NCBI GenBank assembly: GCA_048941015.1
Contig: JBHLNZ010000003.1
Location: 1 to 64,000, forward strand
Length of the DNA: 64,000 bases
Direction of reading: 5' to 3'
DNA from: Promethearchaeota archaeon
GTDB lineage: Archaea > Asgardarchaeota > Lokiarchaeia > Sigyniarchaeales > SOKP01
Shown one piece after another: positions 10,128-20,215 of the stretch. The position numbers were made by a program, and so were the translations under genes. Each line of letters begins with the position of its first letter. The first letter of the stretch is position 1. The notes beneath the pieces are model-generated. The model was not told the DNA's origin, did no database searches, and saw only the letters and a list, made by a program, of their open reading frames with translations.

Positions 10128-10417
10128 GCATAAATAAAGAAAAAATTGAATTTAAAATTGAAAATATTCTTGGATCTAGGGCGAGAGTTAAAATTTTGAA
10201 ATTGCTAGCTTTAAATTATGAACTATCAATTACTCAGATTATTAGGAGAACAAAATTAAATCATACTTCAGTAATTAAGCATCTTAATTTTTTAGAATCA
10301 TTCAATATAATTGATAAAAAAAAATTTGGACGAATAAAAATATTTAGATTTAAAATTGAAAATTTAAAGGCTAAATGTTTGAAAAATTTTATAGAAATTT
10401 GGGAAAGTGAATTTTAA
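10124..10417 (+). CDS. ArsR-like winged-helix regulator
   Basis: LGSRARVKILKLL...LNHTSVIKHL...KKFGRIKIF; overlaps cdc6 stop. Confidence 0.8.
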   Translation: MSINKEKIEFKIENILGSRARVKILKLLALNYELSITQIIRRTKLNHTSVIKHLNFLESFNIIDKKKFGRIKIFRFKIENLKAKCLKNFIEIWESEF

Positions 10418-11090
10418 AGTAATGTTAAGTTTAATATCTATTATAAGTTTGATTTTTATTAATGTTATCATTTACTTTTGCCTTTATTTAGATATTAAGT
10501 ATCGAATAATTCCTAATAAAATTTTTTTCTTTATTTTTATTATCAGTTTATTTCTAAATTTAATCAACATAATTTATTTTCATAAGCAATTAGGGTTTAT
10601 AATATTAGCCAGAATCTTAGTATTCATACAAGTTTTTCTCTTCTCATTTTTCTTATTCTGTTTTAAAATAATTGGAGGAAGTGATGGCAAGCTAGTGATT
10701 TTTATATTTATCACTGAACCTCTTTACAAATTTCATTTTTCACATGTCTATATATATTTTTTAATATTTTGTGCTCTTTATTTAGTGAGTTTTGTTATAA
10801 ATTATGGAGATAATTGTAAGGTAAGATATATTGAATCATTTAATTTATTTTATTGTACTTCTTGGAATAATTCTTATCTGAAAAAAACTTTTTATAAATC
10901 TTCATATAGGTTTATAAATTTTTCAGAAATGAGAAAATTACAATCAGAGAAATTTGAACTTAAATCGATGTTCTTATTTTATAATACAAAGTTAGCAGAA
11001 TTTCATATCCTTGTTCAAATTAGAAAGCCTATCGTTTTAATTTGTATAGGATCTTATTATTTTCTTATTTTATTCAAATATTTTTTTTAA
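10407..11090 (+). CDS. Prepilin/preflagellin peptidase (A24, PibD/FlaK/TadV-like)
   Basis: Catalytic Asp motifs LDIKYRIIPN and IGGSDGK in a polytopic membrane protein. Confidence 0.85.
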   Translation: MNFKVMLSLISIISLIFINVIIYFCLYLDIKYRIIPNKIFFFIFIISLFLNLINIIYFHKQLGFIILARILVFIQVFLFSFFLFCFKIIGGSDGKLVIFIFITEPLYKFHFSHVYIYFLIFCALYLVSFVINYGDNCKVRYIESFNLFYCTSWNNSYLKKTFYKSSYRFINFSEMRKLQSEKFELKSMFLFYNTKLAEFHILVQIRKPIVLICIGSYYFLILFKYFF

Positions 11091-11220
11091 AGACGATAAG
11101 AAGATAACAAGAATAGAGAATTAATTTCTATCATTTTAACTTAAAATTCAAGAAATAAAATTTTAAATTAGAGAATTTTTATTAGATAATTGAGACATTT
11201 ATTGGAGAGAAAATAAAATT

Positions 11221-11607
11221 ATGGAGATTGAAAAAACTAGAGAAACATCATGGAAAATTCAATTAAAAAAGAAAAATGAAAATATTGAATTAACTTCTGT
11301 TGAAATAAGTGGGGACGTGAGAGCGGTTAAACTTGCTCTCTTAAAGGAGAGTGAGTCGATTATAGTTGAGATGAATAAGGAAGAGTTCTTTAATTTTCTC
11401 TCGTTAATATCTGCTTTTAAAGATGTGGTAATTGGAGAAGAATTCGATAAATTCGAGACGAGTGTTTCTACAGAGCAAAATCAAAATTTTCAAGACATTA
11501 ATTCAGAACTCGAAGAGAATTATGAAATTAAGTCTAAGTCATTAGAAGATAATTATCAAAATGAAGATGAAGAAGAATTGAATCCTGAAGAATGGGATCC
11601 TTGGTAA
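11221..11607 (+). CDS. Hypothetical protein with acidic C-terminal tail ending EEWDPW
   Basis: GGAG SD; beta-beta-beta-alpha-like N-domain plus acidic disordered tail. Confidence 0.7.
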   Translation: MEIEKTRETSWKIQLKKKNENIELTSVEISGDVRAVKLALLKESESIIVEMNKEEFFNFLSLISAFKDVVIGEEFDKFETSVSTEQNQNFQDINSELEENYEIKSKSLEDNYQNEDEEELNPEEWDPW

Positions 11608-12099
11608 TTATTTTATTGCTTTTTCAATTCTGAATTCGCAACTTTCTAATTTACTATTATCGAGGCAGCATCGCGTCTCAATTACATTCACTCGATATAA
11701 TGCAAATTCACCAAAGCCTGTTAATAATCCGTTTATAAAGTAACAAATATACTTAGATTTATTTTCTAATTGATTAGAGATATTGTGATAAAGCTCTATA
11801 AGAATTAGATCTTCAGATACTTGTTTTGGAACGAATTTCCCCCATCCATGATTACTAATAATGGTAGTAAATTGATTAACTAGATCATTTAATGTTTTCG
11901 ATCGAAAGTTCTCATCCCATTCTTGTATTAATGCCCAACCTGCTTTCTTACCAAGCCAAACCAGTAAAGTTTTAACTCCCTCACCATAGATCGAAGATAA
12001 AATGTCAATTATTTGGGGTGGAAAAAAGACAAAACGATCATTAAATAATTCATATTTTCCTTTAATATATTTTAATCCTTTTAATTTTAAAGTTCTCAT
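11608..12099 (-). CDS. V4R (4-vinyl reductase) domain protein
   Basis: GWGKF, CYFINGLLTG, ETRCC...CEFRI. Confidence 0.85.
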   Translation of the reverse strand: MRTLKLKGLKYIKGKYELFNDRFVFFPPQIIDILSSIYGEGVKTLLVWLGKKAGWALIQEWDENFRSKTLNDLVNQFTTIISNHGWGKFVPKQVSEDLILIELYHNISNQLENKSKYICYFINGLLTGFGEFALYRVNVIETRCCLDNSKLESCEFRIEKAIK

Positions 12100-12275
12100 A
12101 ATTATTTTCTTATTCTCTTTTATATAATATTTAATACCAAAATTTACAAAAAGTTTATCCAGATTTTTAAGTATTAGGTTAAAAAAATTGTATCAAGTAT
12201 AGTATTTATATTAAATGATTTTTTGAATTTTTAAAAATAGATCTTTAAATATCTTTTTCAAAAAATAAAACATAA

Positions 12276-12575
12276 ATGATTAATATCAGCTTTATCATTA
12301 TTGAGATAATATCCTTAATGAGTTTTATAATTATTATCTTTATTTACTCTGCTCTTTCAACTGATACTCTAACTATTTGTATTTGTATTATACTATTCCT
12401 AGTTTTATTGCTTCCTTTTTTTGCAATTTTAAATCATTTAAAATTAATTCTTCTTGAATTGAATCTTGAAAGCTTTTTGTTTTGTAATTCAATTATTATT
12501 TTTTCAATTGTTGTAAACTTATTTATTGGATTATATTTATTTATTGAATTAATTTATGTTATTTTCTTCAATTGA
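12276..12575 (+). CDS. Small membrane protein (3 TM)
   Basis: Three hydrophobic segments. Confidence 0.5.
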   Translation: MINISFIIIEIISLMSFIIIIFIYSALSTDTLTICICIILFLVLLLPFFAILNHLKLILLELNLESFLFCNSIIIFSIVVNLFIGLYLFIELIYVIFFN

Positions 12576-12594
12576 AAAGCATTTTCTAGCTATT

Positions 12595-14121
12595 TTAAAA
12601 AAAATTAAATACCATGAGATAAGTCATGAAAAATATTAAGAAGTAAAGGACATTAGCGATTAAAATTAACAATAATCTTCTTTCTAACTTTATTACTTTC
12701 AAGAAATAATATGAACTTAAATTTATGCAACCTAATAACGATATAAATAAAAATAACATATCTTTTGTAAGGAAGAAGTTAGCATAGTAAATGAATTGGA
12801 AATTATTATTCAAATCAATATTCCCTATCAAAAAATTGAAGAATGGAAAGATCCCTCCTATTGCCCCGATAACAATAGGTAATAGAAATAAGAAGAATAA
12901 AACTTTGAATTTTTCTCCCTTTAAGATCAATTCTAACTTCTTTTCAAGTTTTCGTTGATGGTTTAAGATTTTCAAAATTTCTAAGATTTTTGAAGAAGAA
13001 TCATAAGCATCTTGTTTGATAATCCTCTTTATTACATCTATTATAAGATCATATCTTATTGACTTTAAATCAATTTTTAAAAAATTTAACATCTCTTCAA
13101 AAGAACAATTAAAGTTTAAGATTCTTAATAGATGTTTATAAATAATTTCACTTAATGACGAGATTTCAGATTTACACTGCGAATAAGAATCAATAAAAGA
13201 TCTTTCAGGAGAGAGATTTTTTTTTAAATTTAGCGCGAAATTTCTTAATAGCAGTAGAAGTTCATCGAATTTTTTCCTCTCTGGTTTCGAATAATCCTTT
13301 AAGAGTCCTATTAAATAATTATCTAATTTTATAAATTTCTTAAAAAGAAAATGTAAAATAAGAAAGAAGAGTGGAATTAAAAAAATTGAGAAAAAACTAT
13401 CAAATCTTTGAAATAATAGTAAAAAACTTAATCCTAAAGGAAAAAATAGACATATAAAAAAAATTATACTCAACTTTGATTCAATTTGTCTTAAATATAT
13501 TTTAAAATCTCTTTCTAAACTATCAGTGTCAAATTCATTATTCAAGTGATTTTTATCAAAATTAGATAGAATTAATTCTTTTATATAATTATTAAAATCT
13601 TCAGAAGCTGTTATTAAGTTATTTAACATGTCTTCTGGAATGACTCCATCTTGTACTTCTCTCAAAATGTGCTTAAAATCTTCAGAAATATCAATTCCAC
13701 ATTGATTTATTAATTTAATGAAATTCAGACAATAATCTGAATCATCTATTAAGGAGTTTTGTATTAAAGAATAATAAATTTTTATGAAATAAAGATGTGC
13801 ATTAATTTTCGCTTCCATCTTTTTAATAATTTTAAACAACCTTACATTAAACTTATAAGAAATGATTAAAGAAATAATAAACGAATAAAGAATTATAAAT
13901 AAGAGTGTAAACTTAGTAAAAAGTATTGAGATAAGTAAAATACCAATAAATGTTAAAAAAAATAAGAAAAAACTAGCTTTATTTATATCATTTTCGTTAA
14001 TAGCATATTTAATCTCGTAAATTGCCTTGAATCTATCATTTAATTCTTTGAACTTTAACTTAGGGAAGTTATAATTATGAAAAGATTTACAGAATTTAAT
14101 ATATTTATCATTTTTGAGCAT
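12595..14121 (-). CDS. Type IV pilus platform protein (TadB/TadC, T2SSF-like; two repeats)
   Basis: Two T2SSF-like cytoplasmic domains (ISEDFKHILREVQDG; LKKNLSPERSF) each followed by TM helices; downstream of secretion ATPase. Confidence 0.75.
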   Translation of the reverse strand: MLKNDKYIKFCKSFHNYNFPKLKFKELNDRFKAIYEIKYAINENDINKASFFLFFLTFIGILLISILFTKFTLLFIILYSFIISLIISYKFNVRLFKIIKKMEAKINAHLYFIKIYYSLIQNSLIDDSDYCLNFIKLINQCGIDISEDFKHILREVQDGVIPEDMLNNLITASEDFNNYIKELILSNFDKNHLNNEFDTDSLERDFKIYLRQIESKLSIIFFICLFFPLGLSFLLLFQRFDSFFSIFLIPLFFLILHFLFKKFIKLDNYLIGLLKDYSKPERKKFDELLLLLRNFALNLKKNLSPERSFIDSYSQCKSEISSLSEIIYKHLLRILNFNCSFEEMLNFLKIDLKSIRYDLIIDVIKRIIKQDAYDSSSKILEILKILNHQRKLEKKLELILKGEKFKVLFFLFLLPIVIGAIGGIFPFFNFLIGNIDLNNNFQFIYYANFFLTKDMLFLFISLLGCINLSSYYFLKVIKLERRLLLILIANVLYFLIFFMTYLMVFNFF

Positions 14122-14138
14122 CTTGTTGACCTAGTTCT

Positions 14139-14552
14139 TCAATTAAGACGTACATCAATCATAAAGGATTTATATATAATTAATAAATTATATAAATCTG
14201 GAAGTAAATCACAGTAATGATTTTCAACAAATTGACTTGAATATTCTTTAAATACAGAATTAGTTTGATCTTGTATAAAATATTCATATTTTGTTATATT
14301 TTCATAAAATGAAACATTTAAGTCTTTAGGATAGTTAATTTCATCTATATAGGTTTCATTTGGGTTTTCAATTATAGAATTTATAGCATAATCTATCTTA
14401 CTTATGAAAGACATATAAACTTTTTTTTCATTATCGATTAATTTATAGTAATTCGAGATTTCTCCTAAAAAAGGATTAACTATTGAGAAAAATATAATTA
14501 ATGTAAAAAGTCCGAAACCGGTTAACAAAGCTTTTTCAAATAAATTTGTCAT
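14139..14552 (-). CDS. Pilin/pseudopilin-like protein (Flp-like N-terminus, no leader)
   Basis: TNLFEKALLTGFGLF aligns with GNLVEYALLIGFALF of the Flp pilin at 26500; lies between ATPase and platform genes. Confidence 0.6.
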   Translation of the reverse strand: MTNLFEKALLTGFGLFTLIIFFSIVNPFLGEISNYYKLIDNEKKVYMSFISKIDYAINSIIENPNETYIDEINYPKDLNVSFYENITKYEYFIQDQTNSVFKEYSSQFVENHYCDLLPDLYNLLIIYKSFMIDVRLN

Positions 14553-14562
14553 ATTTTACCTT

Positions 14563-16749
14563 TTAAATATATAAATTTAAATGTCGATTCTTTTTCCAAA
14601 GTCCCCAAAATTCTTTAAGCTTATTTACTGATAAAAAAGAATAAAATCCAATATTATCAAAAAAGTGGATAAGTTCATAATTTGGAATCTTATTTGTATC
14701 TTTCAAATAATTAAAGATATTTTCATAGATCTCTATAAATGCTGTAAATTTTTCTTTATTAAGATCTTCGTATTGTTTTATCTGTAAAATCGTATTTGAT
14801 TCATATAACTCATTTACTAACCAATCATTTAATTGCGGATTATAATTAAATAAGGCTTTAAAAATACAATCATTTTCTTCGAAGCCTATATTAATTTCAG
14901 TAATTGAAACTATTTTCCTCTTATCACGAATCTTCTTCATCAAAATGATTAAATCTAAATCAATTAAACATGAGGGATGAATTTTAAAATGATATAATAC
15001 TCTATTGATTAAAGAGGTAATATTTTTCGAATGAATTGTTTGGAATCCCGTCAATCCTGCAGATAAGCAATGAAACATTGCTTCAGCTTCTTCCTTTGTT
15101 AAAATTTCGCCTAAATATATGATATCTGGAGTACGATGTAATAATTTTTTAATTTGATTCTGTTTTGAATATTTTTTTTTACTGGTTCCTTCTAATGAAT
15201 CAACCTTGTACTTTAATTGATGCCTTGAAAAAATTTTTTGATTCAATGATTCTATGGCGTCTTCTACGTAAATTTTTCTAAATTCTTTAGGAACTAAGAG
15301 ATCTAAGGTATTTATGAGGGTTGTTTTTCCAGTATCCGTCTCTCCCGTAACTGTTATATTTTTTCTCCTCAATAAATTAAAGTATAAGAATGCTGCCATT
15401 TTCGGGTTTAGGGTCTCATTTTTTAATAAATCTTGAATATTTAAGATATTTTTGTTTAATTTTCTAATATCTAATGCAAAGTTATGAATATGAATTGGCT
15501 CAATATCAATACTGAATCGACAATAGAAATATGTGTTATTAATTACAAGTTTTATGCTTGGATTTGTATAATCTAGTCTTTTTCCACTATAAATTCTTAA
15601 AAAAGTTTTTAATCTATTTAATTCCTTAACATCAAATTTTACTTCTGTTCGGCATCGCCCGAATTTCTGATGATTGATGTAGACAGTTTCATTAGGAGAA
15701 TCTAAAAAAATTTCCTCAATAAGATCATCAATTAAAAAAGGGAATAACTTATTCAAATTAATCTTTTTTAAAGCAGTTAAAAACGTAATTTTTGTTTTTT
15801 CTTGAGAAGAAAAGGTATATTTTGATTCAAGATATTTTAATGCTTTTTCTTGGTAAAGTATAATAAGCTTCTCAAGAGGAATAATTTGATCAATTTGTAT
15901 AGGATCTAAGTTATTTTCTATATCTAAAATAATTTTATCAAAATAGGATTTATCTAGTTTAGAATTGAAAGATGATTTAATTTCATATTTCTTTTCATTC
16001 TCATTACTAATTTTGAATATTTTAATCTGAAATAATTTTTGTTCACCTAAATTATAAGTATCAATAAGATCTGCTTGATAATTAAGTTCTAAATTGCTTA
16101 AACCTGTATTATCTTCTTTTACATAATTTATTGTAGGGAATAATAGTTCATAAAAATTTGAAATTTGAGATGATTTTTTACTTAAGAGAAATTCATTATA
16201 ATCTAAAATAATCTTTAATCCTTCTAAGAGGCTCAAAAGAACATTTAATAGATTTTTAAGTTTATTAAAACAATATTTACAGTCTGAATCAATTGACTTT
16301 TTTTTTTCAATTGATTTGATTGCATTTGAAATGAAATTATAGAAATAAATAGGGTTATAAAGATCTTCATTATTTTGAAAAGAAAAATTCTTGAATTCAG
16401 GGAAATATCTGCAATTAAATTCCTTAAAAGAACATTTTTTTTGATAAAGATGTCTGATTTTTTCTAAATTCTTATTTATTTTATTTAGTGTTTTGAAGTA
16501 GTTCAAAAGATTCTCAATTTGGGATCTTTTAATTACCCTTTCTATACTTTCTATTGAGATATGGTTAAATTTTTTATTTCTATTGATAAATAATGTTTTT
16601 AAAAAACAATTAAGACACATATGATTATTAGGAAAATCTCTTTTGATTTCAAAACATTTATTACACTCAATAATTATGATTTTTTCTTTTTTACCTTTGA
16701 AATTTTCCCTTTCATAGAAAGAGATTAAATTGTTTGAATTAATTACCAT
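14563..16749 (-). CDS. Type IV pilus/secretion ATPase (TadA/CpaF/VirB11 family) with Cys-rich N-terminal extension
   Basis: Walker A GETDTGKTT, Asp box VEDAIE, LHRTPDIIYLGEI, His box QTIHS. Confidence 0.9.
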   Translation of the reverse strand: MVINSNNLISFYERENFKGKKEKIIIIECNKCFEIKRDFPNNHMCLNCFLKTLFINRNKKFNHISIESIERVIKRSQIENLLNYFKTLNKINKNLEKIRHLYQKKCSFKEFNCRYFPEFKNFSFQNNEDLYNPIYFYNFISNAIKSIEKKKSIDSDCKYCFNKLKNLLNVLLSLLEGLKIILDYNEFLLSKKSSQISNFYELLFPTINYVKEDNTGLSNLELNYQADLIDTYNLGEQKLFQIKIFKISNENEKKYEIKSSFNSKLDKSYFDKIILDIENNLDPIQIDQIIPLEKLIILYQEKALKYLESKYTFSSQEKTKITFLTALKKINLNKLFPFLIDDLIEEIFLDSPNETVYINHQKFGRCRTEVKFDVKELNRLKTFLRIYSGKRLDYTNPSIKLVINNTYFYCRFSIDIEPIHIHNFALDIRKLNKNILNIQDLLKNETLNPKMAAFLYFNLLRRKNITVTGETDTGKTTLINTLDLLVPKEFRKIYVEDAIESLNQKIFSRHQLKYKVDSLEGTSKKKYSKQNQIKKLLHRTPDIIYLGEILTKEEAEAMFHCLSAGLTGFQTIHSKNITSLINRVLYHFKIHPSCLIDLDLIILMKKIRDKRKIVSITEINIGFEENDCIFKALFNYNPQLNDWLVNELYESNTILQIKQYEDLNKEKFTAFIEIYENIFNYLKDTNKIPNYELIHFFDNIGFYSFLSVNKLKEFWGLWKKNRHLNLYI

Positions 16750-16881
16750 TTATTTATTGTTATAAAAAAAAGATAAAAAGTGCTCATTTTTTAAGGACAT
16801 AATATAGAAAAAACCTAATTTTGAATAATAAACTTTTTTTAATTTGGAAGATTTATCTCGTTATTGTTATAGTGATAAAAT

Positions 16882-17901
16882 ATGGGTCATCGTAAAAAAC
16901 ACGCACCTAGACATGGGTCATTAGCATTTCTTCCAAGAAAAAGGGCAGCTTCAATAAAGGGTCGTTCAAGACACTGGTTAGATAATTCAGAAAATATCAA
17001 TTTTCTAGGTTTTGCTGGATTTAAAGTAGGTATGACTCATATTACTTATATTGAGGACCAAAAGAATAGTCCCTATTTTTCTAAAGAATTAATGAAACCA
17101 GTTACAATAATAGAAACCCCTCCCTTAATTCTTATAGGCATAAGACTATATGATGAGGATGAATATGGGAAATTTATAGTAGGAGAAATCCTTTCACCTG
17201 AATTTAATACGAATTTAGGTCGTAAAATGAATATTCCTAATCCAGAAAAATATAATTTAAAAGAAATCAAAAAAAAATTATCCAGCAATTTGAATAATAG
17301 AACAGAAATAAGGGGAATCTTTCAGACTCAACCATATCTAACCTCTTTATCTAGAAAGAAGCCAGATATACTTGAAATTAAATTGAATTCAAGTAGGCAA
17401 CCAAAAGAAGGATTTAAACATGCTATAAAAAGATTGGGTAAAGAGATTAGAGCAAGAGATGTTTTAGCAGAGGGAGAATTAGTAGACACAATTTCAGTAA
17501 CAAAGGGAAAAGGTTTTCAAGGGCCCGTTAAAAGATTTGGAGTAAAAATTTTAAGTAGGAAAAATAGCAAAATAAGAAGAGCTGTAGCTTGTATCGGCCC
17601 TTGGCATCCTGCAAGAGTTCTTTATACAGTTCCTCGTCCTGGTCAATTAGGATTTCACCAAAGGACAGAATATCACAAAAGAATTATGCTAATTGGAGAA
17701 AATGAAGAAGAAATTAATCCTAAAGGTGGATTCATCAGATATGGCAATATAAAAGGGGATTATTTGTTAGTTCTGGGATCTATACCAGGACCTAAAAAAA
17801 GATTAATTAGAATACGAAAAACTATTCGTCCTTTAAAATCATTTGCAATTAAAACTCCCGAAATTACTTTTGTAAACAGAGAAAGTCAGCAAAGAAAATA
17901 A
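16882..17901 (+). CDS. rpl3: 50S ribosomal protein L3
   Basis: APRHGSLAFLPRKRA, GFKVGMTH, TKGKGFQGPVKRFG, GQLGFHQRTEY. Confidence 0.98.
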   Translation: MGHRKKHAPRHGSLAFLPRKRAASIKGRSRHWLDNSENINFLGFAGFKVGMTHITYIEDQKNSPYFSKELMKPVTIIETPPLILIGIRLYDEDEYGKFIVGEILSPEFNTNLGRKMNIPNPEKYNLKEIKKKLSSNLNNRTEIRGIFQTQPYLTSLSRKKPDILEIKLNSSRQPKEGFKHAIKRLGKEIRARDVLAEGELVDTISVTKGKGFQGPVKRFGVKILSRKNSKIRRAVACIGPWHPARVLYTVPRPGQLGFHQRTEYHKRIMLIGENEEEINPKGGFIRYGNIKGDYLLVLGSIPGPKKRLIRIRKTIRPLKSFAIKTPEITFVNRESQQRK

Positions 17902-17921
17902 TTTATAAAGTGATATATTTT

Positions 17922-18710
17922 ATGGAAAAGGTAAATGTATATAGTTTAGAAGGAAAGAAGAAGGTCTTAATAGATTTACCAAAAATTTTTTTAACTAAAC
18001 CGAGAAGAGATATAGTACAAAAAACATCTGAAGTATATCAAAGCAATAAAAGACAAACCCAAGGGAGGGATAAACGAGCAGGATTAAGAAACACAGCAAT
18101 TAGTTGGGGTACTGGGCATGGGATGTCTAGAGCACCAAGAATACAAGGTTCAGGTTTCTCTACAGCCCGGAATGTTGGAAGAGTTCCATTTGCTCAAGGC
18201 GGCCGATTAACTCATCCTATTAAGAATGAAAAGAAAATTAAGAAAAGAATTAATCGTAAAAGTAAAATTAAATCTTTTATTTCAGCTATCTGCGCTTCTG
18301 GTGATGTGAATTGGGTCAGAAATAGAGGACATATTACTGATCATGTTCCAGAAATTCCTTTAGTTGTAGATGACAAAATACAGACAATTAAAAAAACATC
18401 TGTTATATATTCAACACTTAGTGAATTGGGCTTGAAAGAGGAGTTAATAAAAGCTAAAAAGTCAAAAAAGGTAAGAGCAGGAAAAGGGAAAAGAAGAGGC
18501 CGTAAATATAAACGTAAAAAAGGAATATTGATTATTATTAAGGATGACTTTGGTATTGTAAAAGCTTCAAGAAATCTTCCTGGAACAGATATAATCAAAA
18601 TTGAAAATCTCGATATTGATAAATTGGCTCCAGGAGGAGTTCCAGGGCGTTTAGTTGTTTGGACACAATCAGCATTCAACGAATTAAACAAATTTGAGGT
18701 GTTTATTTAA
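17922..18710 (+). CDS. rpl4: 50S ribosomal protein L4
   Basis: SWGTGHGMSRAPR, RAGKGKRRGR, LAPGGVPGRLVVWT; ATG at 17922. Confidence 0.97.
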   Translation: MEKVNVYSLEGKKKVLIDLPKIFLTKPRRDIVQKTSEVYQSNKRQTQGRDKRAGLRNTAISWGTGHGMSRAPRIQGSGFSTARNVGRVPFAQGGRLTHPIKNEKKIKKRINRKSKIKSFISAICASGDVNWVRNRGHITDHVPEIPLVVDDKIQTIKKTSVIYSTLSELGLKEELIKAKKSKKVRAGKGKRRGRKYKRKKGILIIIKDDFGIVKASRNLPGTDIIKIENLDIDKLAPGGVPGRLVVWTQSAFNELNKFEVFI

Positions 18711-18711
18711 A

Positions 18712-18975
18712 GTGGAACACTTTTTTAAAGTTATAAAAAAACCATTGATTACAGAAAAAACCTTTGATTTAATTGAAAGAGAAAATAAATTAGTTTTCAT
18801 TGTTGAGCGGACAGCAAGTAAAAGTGAAATTAAAAGAGCTGTGGAAAAAATTCATAATGTAAAAGTGATTAAAGTTAATACTTCAATTAGCTCAAATGGA
18901 GATAAAAAAGCTTTTATCAAGTTACATCCTGATTATTCAGCACAAGATATTGCTATAAATTTAGGTATTTTCTAA
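18712..18975 (+). CDS. rpl23: 50S ribosomal protein L23
   Basis: PLITEK...ENKLVFIV...KVNT...KKAFIKL; GTG start at 18712 after GAGGTG SD. Confidence 0.95.
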   Translation: MEHFFKVIKKPLITEKTFDLIERENKLVFIVERTASKSEIKRAVEKIHNVKVIKVNTSISSNGDKKAFIKLHPDYSAQDIAINLGIF

Positions 18976-20097
18976 AAATAGTTCGTTCTTAAAAATATCT
19001 ATCTTAAAATTATTGTAATCATCATAATTTAAAATCTTTAGATTGTCTAGTTCCTTAACTTTATCAACTTTTTCAATTCTTTGATACTCCTCGTCATCTA
19101 GAAATAAAATATATATTTTATACTTTGAATAAAAATTCTTAGAAAGACTTAATATTCGTTTAACATCAAGAGTCAGCAACGTCATAAAGAGAACTTTTTG
19201 CTCAATAAATAATAAATTTGGGCTTAATCGCTGAAAATGGATTTTACTCTGATTTAGTTTGTTTTCAAATTTTATATTAAATTCATCTAGATCTCTGATT
19301 TTTTTCTTATGTTTAAAATTAAACAATTCAACAGGATTAATGGAGAGAAATTGATTTTTGGAAAGTTTAAGCCTCCATAATAAGTTAGCAATATCATTTA
19401 TACATATATTATACTTAAAAAGAACATTCTCGTCAAAAAATCTATTTATTTCACTATCTAGATTAGAAAAGGTATCATCTTCGTTTTTTAACCTATTAAC
19501 ATAAAATGCAGATAAAAGGATTTCACAAACATCATTTGATTTAAAATTGAATATAAAATGCCCTCGTTTATTACAATCCTTAAATAAATTAAGAAGAAAA
19601 TATAAGTTTGGTTCTCTCTTTTTATAGGATTTAAGATCTAGATCATAATATTCAAGGATTTTAATATTCGATTCACTTTTAATAAAAATTTTATTATGTT
19701 TACAGCAGATTTTTATATTTGGATTCTTTATCCCCTGGATTATATTAAAATACGCGTTCTCTAATTCCTTATTAGAGAGGAATTGGGAAAATTTATTAAT
19801 TTCTAATATTCTCTCTCTTATAAGATTATAAGATTTTATAATAGTACTCTTTCTAACATCTTGAAAACATAAAAATAAAAGATTTTCTTCTTTTTCAGAG
19901 AGAGATATTTGTATTGAGTAGTAATTAAGAATTTTTCTTTTTAAAAAATCAACTAATATTTCTATCACATTAGTCAGATTTATTGCTCTTAAAACTGAGA
20001 AAGCAACATAAGATTTGCTTTTTTTCATACTCTTGTAAAAAATTAAAGAATCTTCAATAAAATAGGATAATAATTTATATTTTCCCTTCCTAACCAT
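18961..20097 (-). CDS. Hypothetical protein (378 aa)
   Basis: Long ORF; no motif recognised. Confidence 0.6.
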   Translation of the reverse strand: MVRKGKYKLLSYFIEDSLIFYKSMKKSKSYVAFSVLRAINLTNVIEILVDFLKRKILNYYSIQISLSEKEENLLFLCFQDVRKSTIIKSYNLIRERILEINKFSQFLSNKELENAYFNIIQGIKNPNIKICCKHNKIFIKSESNIKILEYYDLDLKSYKKREPNLYFLLNLFKDCNKRGHFIFNFKSNDVCEILLSAFYVNRLKNEDDTFSNLDSEINRFFDENVLFKYNICINDIANLLWRLKLSKNQFLSINPVELFNFKHKKKIRDLDEFNIKFENKLNQSKIHFQRLSPNLLFIEQKVLFMTLLTLDVKRILSLSKNFYSKYKIYILFLDDEEYQRIEKVDKVKELDNLKILNYDDYNNFKIDIFKNELFLENT

Positions 20098-20215
20098 GTC
20101 ATATTTCTTATTAATAATAATTATAAAAACATAGATATTTTCTAATTTTTAATCTTAAGCAATTATATTTCCCCTATAATTAATTTTTAAAAATGATTTA
20201 GGATTTCTTTACTTA

